A stretch of 63,799 nucleotides of DNA, filler included, from Kipferlia bialata (Eukaryota): assembly GCA_003568945.1 (NCBI GenBank). It is 5 parts of 5 records of this genome, joined end to end, with 100 filler letters (N's around TTAATTAATTAA, not from the genome) between each part and the next. Parts side by side here need not be neighbours in the genome. Positions count along the whole stretch, not along the records: positions 44,577 to 59,303 come from BDIP01000781.1; positions 59,404 to 63,799 come from BDIP01000813.1; 3 more parts are not named here. One strand, given 5' to 3'. The translations under genes and the position numbers were made by a program. Below, piece by piece: positions 52,581-63,799 of the stretch; the first letter of the stretch is position 1, and every line of letters begins with the position of its first letter. The notes below the pieces were generated by a model, which was given only the letters and a program-made list of their open reading frames with translations, did no database searches and was not told the origin of the DNA.

Positions 52581-55500
52581 CCTCATATGATGTGACGCCA
52601 GACTGACTCCTGTATCCACTCGATGCAGGGTGTACCAGTATTGATGTACACTATACATCATTATAGTTTATCACTACGATGTATTGGTGCTGATCCTCAG
52701 ATTGACTCCTGCCTCCAGTTTATGCAGGGTGTCTCCCCTCCAGACATGGACGAGTGCACAAGGGTCAAGGGACAGGTGCGGGCAAGTTGTAGTGCTATAT
52801 ATTGTATACTATTAGTATCACCCCCCCCCCCTTTCCCCTGCTCCTTCTGTCTTCAAAGCTTCGTCTCTAGAGCTGTACATGGTATACTCCCCCCTTAATC
52901 CTCTATGTCTCCTCTTCTCTAGCTATGTGAACTCTACTCCATATATAAGTCCCTTTTAGTGTCCTCACCCCCAGGCCTCCTCCCTCCTGCTCCAGCTCTC
53001 CCTCCTGGCTGGCAACCAGAGAGATATAGCAGCCCTGGTCTCATGGCTGGATGACCATCCCCCTGTGGCACAGGATGCAATAGAGGCACTGACTGAGGAC
53101 AGGTATACATAGTATAGTATATATAGTATAGTACATATATATATACATATTATATACATACTCTATTTATACATCTGTGGCACAGGATGCAATAGAGGCA
53201 CTGACTGAGGATAGGTATATTCATAGATATATACACTACATATGTGAAGGATATTTAGACGTGACCCCCCTCATGTCTCCCCCTCTCTTTCTCCCCATCA
53301 TCCAGGTAACCCCTCTGATACTCACCCCAGGGCTGACCTTGAGTACAAAGTTGTATACATATACAAGCTCTGGTCTCGCTCTCTCTGAGGATATTACTTT
53401 TACAACCAACCCCAGGGCTGACCTTGAGTACAACTGTTCCAGGACACGTAGACACACGCCCCAGGAGATTCAGAAGATGAAGGTATGAATAATGATTAAT
53501 GAATATTGATTCTCATACTGGAGTAGAGTCTACTCAGTAGACCATGTAGTATCAGTGGCTACTACCTTCTTCCCCTCTCATTACGTATGACCTTGTGTGG
53601 CACTCTCTGACTGTCAGGCCAAGATGTGTGGGATTGACCTCGAGCTCTCTGCCTTACTGGCCTGCCAGTCTGCTAGGAGAGAGAAGATGGAGAAGCTTAG
53701 CAGATACGCATCATTCCCAGAGGCCGCAGGTACCCAGCGTCTCTTGCTCTTGCGCACTATCTATGTCTCTCTCTACTTAGATCTTCATCCTCCCCTCGCG
53801 CCCATATTGTATTTATGCAAGTGACTGATCTCTCTCAATATGCTACTTTCACCTATGAGACTAATCCCCCAGCCGTCCTCTCTGCCCCCTCTTCCCACCC
53901 CCTGGACACCCACCCCCTGCTCTCCCCCTTCAGACACATGTTCTGTGACTACTCACTGGCGCAGTTCAAAACGGAGGTGTCAGACATTTCTATATAATAT
54001 AATATATATACCTCCATTGTCTCTCTTTCTAGTAAGTGATCCAATGTATCATCTGCCCCCCCTCCCCCCCTCATCTCACCATATAGGACTTCCCTTCTAG
54101 TGGCAGGGTCCCCCTCCTATCTGGCACACACCCAGTCACACAGGCACCGGTGGTGCTCAAGCAGTACATACTCAGGTGGGATACACGCAGTATAACACTA
54201 TATATATAATACTCACTGATCTCTACGGTGTTGTTTTGGTTTTAGTAGCTGTTCTCCTTCTTTTGGTCTGACACTTAGGGATGTACAAATCTATTCTGAA
54301 TGACTGGTGTTGTTTTCATATGTGTACTCTCACCCATTGTCCTGACCCCCAGAGATGACTCTCAGAATGCCAGTGTCCGCAGAGAGCTCTCAGTCTTCAG
54401 CAAGGTACTGTAGTGTGTATACCTGATATCCTTATCTTCACATGTTCGGTACAATTGCACTGGGATCTATATTGAATGGATGGAAGGCGTCTGTTCTATT
54501 TGTATTCTCTCCCGCCAGGTCCTCGAGCGTGCCTCCAATGTGGTGCACTGCCATGGGTTTGTGATAGACGGGGACATGTGCTACGTGGTGCTGGCGAGGT
54601 CTATAGTTATTATATATATATATGTGTGTGTGTACTATTACTCGATGATATCACATATATATATACGTGTATATATTCATTGTAACCAGGTAGTGCCAGC
54701 CAGTGTACACGCCCTTACCCCCAGGTACACCTGTGACCTTGCCCAGTATGTGAGTCAGTACCAGCCTAGCACACGGGTCAAGAAGAGCATACTCAGACAG
54801 GTGGGTAATATATTCACACTATGTAACCATTCTCTATAGTGAGTATGTATACCTACCCTCACCCCCAGGCCCTTCTCGGTCTCTCTGCCCTATCCAGCTT
54901 TGGCATCGTCCACAAGGACATCAAGCCGCAGAACATACTCATCAACGTGGAGGTGCGTACATTTATGTCTGGTTCATCTATAGAACTCACTACTCCACCC
55001 CATTTGTGTAGGTTGTAGCAATAGTATAGTACCTCTCTCTCTTACCCCCCAGGGTAGCTGTGTGACTGGGGTAGCTCCTTACCTAATGCGTGTAGTCATA
55101 TTATAGTACCTCTGTCTTACCTCAGAGTGGCTGTGTGACAGGTGTTGCCCTGACTGACTTTGACATATCCAAGACAGCCCAGGACTACATAGCAACAGTG
55201 TCCAGGACAATGAACACAGGGGCTGGGACCATAGGATACATTGACCACAAGTACGATATGATTCTAGCAATACTTCAGGCCCCTATAATTATATATGATT
55301 CTGTGTGATCCTTATAACCCCAGGTACAGCCTAGGCTACGGTCTTCCAGGCCAGTCCGGTCTCAGGTTCTGCCACCTCTCAGACGTGTACTCTCTCGCAA
55401 AGGTATTCGGCCGTACATGCACTAGATTGAATGTAATATACTAGACGATAAGTTGGGTATCTATACTCACTCTCCAGGTCTGTGTGTGGCTGTTCCAACC

Positions 55501-58443
55501 TATGCTGATGATGGAGACCGAGCCTGCATTTGCATCAGAGGAGCTGTCAAGCGCAGAGGTCGCACTGGTCAAGGTACAGTTTTGTATTGACTCTTCATCT
55601 ACTCTTCTCTATTCTATTCTCTTCTATTTGTATTGGTCACATTCTCACTCTCAGGCGTGTATGGGACCCAAGTCAGGACGGCTCTCGGCCTACCACCTCT
55701 ACAACAAGGTACTCAACAACCGAAGTGAATATTCTTTGGGGGTCCTTGCGTTTGCAATTGAGCCACATTGATATTCACATTTGTCTACCAATACTTTCGA
55801 TATGTGCTGACATCTAGGGCCTGTTTGCCGATACCACCGTTGAGACAGTCCCCTCTGAGGCAGCAGGGGTCAAGTACCAGCAGTGTCTGGAGAAGAGGTG
55901 GATAGGTAGGGGTGTACATCTGTGGTGCAGGGTAATCTCATCATCAGTGTTAGTGTATATTTATACACTCTTTTACCTCAGAGGTTCCAAGGTGTGAAGT
56001 ATCCATATACAATAGTATCTGCTTCTGCATATGCCCTCTAACCCCCTAGAGTTCCAGGCCGACTCTAACTACGTGTGTGTATAAATGTTAAGTATATATA
56101 TATATCACTTTTTGTAACACCAGAGTTCCACGCCGTCAAGGACTCTGCCCCCAGTGTTGAGTGTACCGTGGACAGTCTCCTCACCCACTTTGGACCCAGG
56201 GAGCAAAAGGGGCTAGAGGGGTATGCAGAGCTGGTGAACCCTTCTGGTGTGACACACACTGAGGGAGAGGGAGAGGGAGAGGAGACTCATGGTAATGGTG
56301 TGGCACTCAGACACCTACTCACTCTGCTGCAGGGGAGAATGAGGTGGGGCAGGAGTCTCAGTATATACCTACCAAAAATATACATATATCAGTAATTTCA
56401 TATATAGTGCCCTCACCCTAGCATTGGATCTCAGACCACCTCTCTCTTTGAGCCCCTATCTGATACTGGGTTCCCAGTGGGGCCTTCCATAGATGCATGC
56501 ACCATTATGCAGGTACAGTATATACTCACACTATCGCCTCAGAAATTCTCCCTGTTGTTGTATACAGCATCTATTCAGCATCTATATCGGCCTAACTCAC
56601 TCTCCAGAAGGCTAGAGAGTATGTGTACTCTTGTATGTATATACAAAGAAAATGTTGCCTCACCCCCCAGGAGGCCCGGGAGTCGGGTGACACCGCCACC
56701 CTCTCTGCCATCCAGTCTGTCTATTATGCAGTCGGGAGGCTGCTAGCCTTCATGAGTCTAGAGCACCCACTAGAACAGGGGGTGCTTGGGAAGCTGGTGC
56801 TAGCCGGACTGCACCGCAATCCCAACGAGATACTCAAGGATAGGTAATATAAAGACTTACTCTACTACTAGAACGTATAACTCTATAACAAACTGACTCC
56901 AGAACCCTCATGGCCCATCTCTTTGCAGCCACGTTCCCAAGACAGAGAAAGACCCTTCTGACCCTTCTTGAGAACCCAATTTCAGTCCCTTTCAACGATA
57001 TCCCTGGGTGCCAGTCAGAGAAGGTAGAAATATGGTGTAGTATAGCTGTCTATGTTTGGAATTATTGGAAATTACTCTCTCGTTAATCTAATAGATAATG
57101 CCCTCTCCCACCCCCCAGGTTCTGGATGAGCACAACCTGCTATCATATGCAGCCGAGTTTGAGACTGGTTATGTGCGGCTGCTGATGGAGGGAGTGGTTG
57201 AGATGAGGGCTGGGTTCAACTCTCTACACGATGATTGGGCCATGGTGGTTGGACGTCTCACCCTCGACCACTTCCTATCTCTCTCCCTCTCCCTCGGGGC
57301 CTTCAGTGCAGAAGAGTACCTGGCATGCTTTGACGTGGAGGACTCTATTCTTCAGGCAGCGTTCACGGCATTTGTACACGAGATGCTAGAGAGACAGGTA
57401 TGATACATAGTATATCATATCATTATTAGGTCGCTATCAGTGTCAGTGTAGGATAAGTGACAGTATGTTTACTAACTCTTATCTCCAGGACATGACTCTT
57501 CTCCGTCGTCTCATTGTCTTTGGCACTGGCTCTCCCCTCCTACCACTGGAGCCAATCACTCTGACACTGCTCGACAACGGGGCCTTTGCGGCACTACCTA
57601 CAGCACAGTTGTGCTCTAGAACCATCACGGTACCTAGGTATTGTGTGTGTATCACAATTCGATGTATAGTTACTGCATAGAGCACCATGTATCATATATC
57701 CACTCCTTCCCACTCACCCAGTTGCTGTCTGTCGCGTCTGGACGTCTCCTTCCAAGATGCATTCGATGCAGCGGGTATCACTCTGGGGGATGGGGGCAGA
57801 AGCACGGAGCAGGTGGGGTACAATTTCGTAGAAACACTCTATCATACTGTACATAGTGAGTGACTAGTCTAGTAGGAGAAGCACAGAGCAAGTGGGACAT
57901 TATATATGTGTAATTAACTACTAATTACCCTTTGAACTACGTTGTATACACTATACCTCCACATTGTGTCTTCTCATATTTAGGCCCTCAAGACTGTGGA
58001 TGAGGAGCTCAATAGGTTCAGGATCCTATCGGATAACAGACGCACATGCCCTAGGTACGATGCTACTTGATATAATACTCGTCTCCTATAGTAAAGAACA
58101 TGCGTCCTCTTCAGTTCACTGAGGTGCATTCTTACACTCACACTCTCACTTACCCAGCTGTGGCGTGGCCGTTGAGAAGGAGTCAGGGTGCAACCACATA
58201 GAGTGCCACTGCGGCAAGCACTGGTGCTTCATATGCGGGTATGTGGTTATATATATAATCGCATGTTGTATGTATGGTGCAAACATAAGAGGTATTCATT
58301 GACGGAACATCCAAATAGTATCACCAGATATACATAAAGGTGTCCCTTTCACCTGCCTCACCCTCAGATTCATGGCCGATGAGCAGGGTCCAGTGTATGG
58401 ACACATGACCGAACTACACGGGGGATTCTTTGGACAAGTGTAG
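51154..58443 (+). CDS. Multidomain protein: (LRR end)-coiled coil-protein kinase-HECT E3-RBR RING2/Rcat
   Basis: Kinase: [80 protein letters not shown]...[18 protein letters not shown]2: [30 protein letters not shown]. Stop TAG at 58441-58443. Confidence 0.82.
51307..51402 (+). repeat. 15-bp coding tandem repeat, (L/V)EAER x6
   Basis: [33 protein letters not shown], a charged helix or coiled coil. Confidence 0.9.
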
Positions 58444-58816
58444 TTTCAGACTGGTACTGATGCCAATATATGAATCACTTGTCGGTGTATCCGGTAGTAT
58501 CGAATGGAATTTGAAGTTGAGGTCGTGTGATACTACGTACAACTAAGCCAAGGAAACAGTGTGTCAGTCATCCTATAAGGAGTTAGAAGCTGTACACTTA
58601 GTGGCCTTCTCTTGTGGACTCTACAGTATTGGGTATAGAAACATCACTTCGGAGGGTATATCTCGAGAGGTCAAGTCGATCGTGTCTAAGAGTCACCGAT
58701 TTGATCATTTTTGGACGAATTCTCTTGTATATCAAAGATGGCCGATATAGAAGAGAAATCTATTCATATGTACCCGCTCATGCAGCAAGAGTAATGTTAA
58801 CAGAATCTAACAATAG

Positions 58817-59303
58817 TCACTGAGACAAAGTCAAAGTTGGGTGGCGTGAGGGATGGCACGTGTAGACATGGAATGGTACCCTGACCTCTTGGCCTGGGAT
58901 GCACGGGTATGTCATAGTGACAGTATGATCGCAGTTGGGCCAGGAAACCGTGTTGCCCTGGCGGGTGATGGTGACAGTGTCTGGTTTGAGGCATTTGAGC
59001 GCAAAGTTTCTTCCCCTGTATTCCCCATTCTGCACCCGCAGGTGAACATCGTAACTAGAGGTCAGCGTCAGAGACTGAGTACCACTGGGAACAACAAGGA
59101 CAAGCGGGTTTAAGTGTTTCTCTTTTGGCTGAGGTGCCCTGCTCACTGAGCACACTGTCTCTGTGGTATAGGCATTGACCTCAAACCTGGCAATAGCCCG
59201 TATGACGGTTGGACCCTCCGCCCCCTCAGGGAGCACTGCCCCTACCACATAGTCCTCTCTCACTCTAGCCCCCTGCATATCACACCCACTGAGGTCAGCC
59301 TCT
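58817..59303 (-). CDS. Intronless C-terminus of a probable pentapeptide-repeat protein (5' cut by scaffold end)
   Basis: Frame is open to the scaffold edge and begins EADLSGCDMQGA (A[D/N]LxG pentapeptide pattern), followed by about 150 aa of beta-rich sequence. Confidence 0.55.
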
Positions 59304-59403
59304 NNNNNNNNNNNNNNNNNNNNNNNNNNNNNNNNNNNNNNNNNNNNTTAATTAATTAANNNNNNNNNNNNNNNNNNNNNNNNNNNNNNNNNNNNNNNNN
59401 NNN
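59304..59403. other. Artificial scaffold-concatenation spacer
   Basis: N44-TTAATTAATTAA-N44. Confidence 0.97.
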
Positions 59404-59570
59404 TATAGCCGATTGTCATCCCTCTATTCCTATCCCCCCCCCCCCCTGCCTCTCCAACCCGCTGCCATTCCCTGTCATATACTCTCTCCGTCTCTCTTTA
59501 CTATTCTCTCCCTGCCTCCCCCCTGACACACTACCATCACAATCAGTTCGGTTACATACCTAACTCGACA

Positions 59571-59621
<51 letters not shown>

Positions 59622-59881
59622 AATATCTTCCTACTCATAGTGTCACTGCCAGTTCTATATCCACATTGATCTCACTCATGTCTGACTCCTCCCCACTGCT
59701 CTCTCTCTCTCTCTGTTTTTTTCGTAGGACGCACTCTCTCAACCTGTCCATCTTCTAACCTTCAGTATATCTCTTCTTTTGCCTCCTCAGGGTCTGGTCC
59801 AGTACTGTGGCATATCTCATTGCTCAGTTTCTCTCTCCATTCCTGCGAGGGACAATCAGTCTCTCTAGCAGTGCAGAGTGA

Positions 59882-62800
59882 ATGTCTGCATCTGAGGTCT
59901 CTGATGCATCGGCATGTGCATCTGATGGGGAAGAGTATGAGGTATTTGTGAGTGTATTGACATAGATATGAATTGGTATTTTTGTATTCACACGTATACA
60001 TTTGTATATAGATGTATATATATATATTATCAGACATGTGCATCTGGTGCTGAAGAGTCTGAGGTATATATGATACCCATTGAGACTTATATATATATGT
60101 ATATATATATATAATAATACCAGTCACCCTGAGTTGGATGTGATATAATATGCATGAATATTACTGCTTCATTGTCTTTGGATATATCCATTGTTAAATA
60201 TATATACTGCCCATACCTGCCTGTATTACATATTCATACTTCATAGAGCGCGCTCTGATTCAATTGACCCCCCCCCCTCTTTCTATATACTATAGTTCAA
60301 TACCGTAAATAGAATTTGCATATATATTATTTTTTTATTTGACTCCATCGTTTTTTTTATCTGACTCCAAGCCATTCCACGCCTTTATACATGGCACCTC
60401 CTCTCACACTCTCTCTCGATGTGTATTTACGCATATTCCTCCCATTTTCATTTACTCTTCTGGATGTATTGTCAGAAGTAACTGGTGCACTATAGCGTTG
60501 TGTTAGAGTATGGTGTATAGTTAACCTTAGGTATTCTACACCCCTCTCGACTGGCCTGGAAGAGATTCCAGCTAATGGAATTAGTTATACTTTGTTATTA
60601 TTCTCTTGTTAGTCCTTCTTATCCCTAGGATGTCTACACCCCTCTCGACTGGCCTGGAAGAGATGCCTGAAAGGCAGAGACACGACCAGATATCGCCAGA
60701 GTAATCCTGGATTGCTATGAGTATGGACATGATCAGGTGACTCTAACATAACTATACTTTTTCATGAAGATATACTTTTGTATATTAATTGCTATCATGT
60801 ATTTACTATTTCTCTATATATTGGTATGGACATGATCATGTCACTCCCAGTATATTTGAATACATATATACATATATGTAGTAGTGATGTTATGGTCGGG
60901 TGGTTATGACCAAGAAAACGTAAAGCGTTCATGCACATCAGTATACACGTTGTGTGACTATGTATGAAGGGGAGACATCATCTGATATGTGCAAGGATAG
61001 ATACGTATATAACAGTATTCACATAATTTTTGATAATATACATATCTCGATTCTCTAACATATATATTGACCTATTTGGGTGTGAAGGAGTTGGGTATAG
61101 TGTAGAATAGTGCACATATTCTGTAGCTTGACACGCATTTCCTTGCAAGTGTATGTGTTATGGACAGACAAGTTGTCTGAGACAACTAATCCTTTCTCAA
61201 CATAGTATCCACTCTTTCTTATATTTAAATTATATACTATATGCATTTTACCTTAATCATATATATTATTTTGACGCCCAGATCAATCTCATGGACTCTG
61301 ATATGGGTGACTATGACGCTGCCTCGGTTGCCGAGGCCTTACCCTATATTCCCCATGTGACGTCGGTATGTAGCGATGTGTCAGATTTACAATTTCCCTG
61401 GCCCTAAATATAGCATTTGTCTTTTGCGTAGTAACGTATGTATTCATCCTCTCTCTCTTTCAGCGCCTATCTAGTGCATTCGGGTGTGTACTAACCGGAT
61501 ATATTCTTGTGCTGCTCGTAATGGGCTATTTTCGCTATGTGATGCTAACACACTAAGATTGGGTTGCACCGAAATAGGATTGGAGATGCAGGCGCTATTA
61601 CCCTCTCCAAGACCATACATGAGTTGACCCGTTTAGATGAGGTCAGACTCAATCAATAACACCATTCCTCAAACAATGGTGCTACTTCTATGTATATTAT
61701 ACTATGTAGTATACATGTATATTCCAGTCCATGTTATGATAGTAATATTACTGTCAGGTATTCCCAAAGTGGGTTATGTACTCACTGATGGTTACTCTTG
61801 TATACTGATGCATAGGTGTATTTCACTAGCAATGACATGGGTTCTTCTGGTGCCACCGCTCTTTGCGAAGCCCTGTGCAGACTTGGCAGTGAATTGAAAG
61901 GGGTATGTCGTGTATACAGATTAACACATGTCCATGATTCCTTCACATGCGTTTACATCTTGTGTTAGTAGCTCTTTAGAATCAGTCTGTCAGGCACCCG
62001 TAGTATCTCTCTCTTCTGTACTTTGCATTACCCCAGCTTGGGTTTGACGGAATGCCCATTGGTGATTCGGGCACTGTGTCTCTTTGTAGATCCCTACCAA
62101 GTCTGTCTGGTCTTACGTTGGTACGTAAGCTTCAATCTAACGCGGTTCGGGTATTGTCCTGAAACTTGACTCTGCTATTTTCCTCTCTCTCGTCTCTCTC
62201 TCTGGGAAGAGTTAATGGACAAGTGGTTAACCCTAGCTAGAGCTAGGTGGCACTGATATGGGAGATGTGGGTGCTTCCGCTATGGCAGACGTTCTACCTC
62301 ATCTGCCCATGCTCACTAGGGTAAGTGGTATCACACAGAAAACTTACAGGAATACCTGCTTTAAACTATCCTACATAAATCATTGGTATGCACTATATTC
62401 GTGGAACATGTATTCAATTGCTCATAGATATTGGTGTGTATGCCGGTATTTCAGTATTCAACAACAATATAGTGTAACGCTATGATATGTCCACGTATTC
62501 CTTATATATTGATGTATACTTACACTCAGTTAAACCTGTCGAGTAACCACATAGGAGACGAGGGTGCATTTTCACTGTCCGAGGCCCTTCCTGCGTTGCC
62601 GAAACTAGAGATGGTGAGTGAACGATACTAAGCGTATTATACATAGAGATATACGAGTAGAAATACACATATATGCATTCATGCTAACTGGAGTGCTGAG
62701 TCTGACGCAATAATTTGTCCATATTTACACATACACACATGTATGCTGAAATATATGTATGTGTAGTATATATGTATGCTAGAGTCTCCATCTGACACAA

Positions 62801-63763
62801 GCTGTGGCTGCAAGATAATCTAATAGGTTCCGACGGTCAGAAAGTGCTTGCTTCAACCATGTCCGACCTACCGTGTCTTCAGGTGTGTTGAGTCATGGGT
62901 AATTGCATAGGAGGAATTTGCTATTCTTTAAGCTAAAGAAGTGATACTCAATGCTCTTACCCAATATTCAGGCTGAGGTTGCTGTCAGAGATCTGCCAAG
63001 TTTGTATAATAGGTGTCAAATCTCGTTCTGTTCTATAGTGTACATATCCCGCCGTCACTTTTCTTACCTCACCCAGTCTAGTAGCCTTGGAATCGGCTTC
63101 CAGGGATGGGAAGACTGGGAGTACGGAGTCAGTCCAGAACTCGTTCTGGCTGTGAGAACGGCCCGCCTTGAAGGAGAGAGAGATGTACGTGTCAAGTATT
63201 CTCTCTATGTTCGCATTCCCTGCACATTTGTCATTGCTTGTGTGTATCCAATGTAATTCCGTTCAACCTCACGTGACAACCAGTTCAAATGTGAAAAGCT
63301 CAAGCTCGATACCAGCACAGATATTGAAGCCCTCTCTGAGGCCTTAGTGCACTTGCGTCACATTGAAAGGGTGAGACGGGTTGTTGTAGTTGAATGGTGG
63401 CTATTAACTACATCAGTAACCCGTAATTTATTCATCCTAACTTGCCAAGCTACCACTCATCTCAGATAATCCTGGCGAGCAACCAGTTTTGTAGATGGCA
63501 GTTGGACACGATTTCAGCGTCAATTGCTAGCCTGAACAATCTCAAACTTGTGAGTTCGTTTCCCCAACAAGTAGCGAGTTATAGAATACTATGCCGACTG
63601 TACATACAAATCTTCTTAGAATCGCTGTTTGTGTACTATGTATATATGTGTGTATATAGCTGTCTTTTGCTAAGTCCAGTTGTGGATCGGAGCCGATCCC
63701 ATTGGGGACGCTGGGGTTACGTCCCTGGCAGAGCACCTACCCAGTCTGACAAAGCTGACATCG
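59882..63763 (+). CDS. RNI-like leucine-rich-repeat protein, one 28-aa LRR per exon; 3' partial; in-frame TGA in putative exon 2
   Basis: 84-nt phase-0 exons at 61282-61365, 61558-61641, 62037-62120, 62237-62320, 62530-62613, 63466-63549 and 63680-63763, e.g. LNLSSNHIGDEGAFSLSEALPALPKLEM. Confidence 0.85.
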
Positions 63764-63799
63764 GTGAGACATATATATGATGGCAAGTGTATGTTGGTT

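Noticed and set aside
1..63799. rRNA, tRNA, transposase or reverse-transcriptase sequences
   Set aside because: None recognised by eye. No TIRs or target-site duplications flank the echoes, so a mobile-element origin is unsupported here.

Overview
Eukaryotic, intron-rich, (AT)n/(AG)n/(TG)n microsatellite-rich DNA. It is five unrelated scaffolds (1-14767, 14868-29630, 29731-44476, 44577-59303, 59404-end) joined by artificial 100-bp N44-TTAATTAATTAA-N44 spacers. Most ORFs in the supplied track are microsatellite noise, so genes were rebuilt by hand from GT-AG exons. Introns end in a branch point fused to the acceptor (CTNAC-N3-5-YAG) and the genetic code is standard. That suggests an intron-rich free-living metamonad such as Kipferlia (inference only). 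Genes found: a protein with a SIR2-like GAGxS motif, a bacterial-type DUF1963/YwqG protein, a CRIB/GBD protein, a WD40 fragment, a membrane-anchored peptidase S41, an ABCA N-terminus, a beta-propeller, an atypical two-DBD E2F, a TMEM62-like metallophosphoesterase, EME1-like, a kinase-HECT-RBR-RING2 fusion, a pentapeptide-repeat C-terminus and an LRR gene with one repeat per exon. The strongest signal is 'exon echoes'. In many genes an intact exon is flanked by 1-6 truncated copies of itself. 5'-half copies keep the acceptor and lie upstream; 3'-half copies keep the donor and lie downstream. They break at microhomologies with microsatellites, and they differ from the intact exon mostly at synonymous sites, which neutral decay does not predict.
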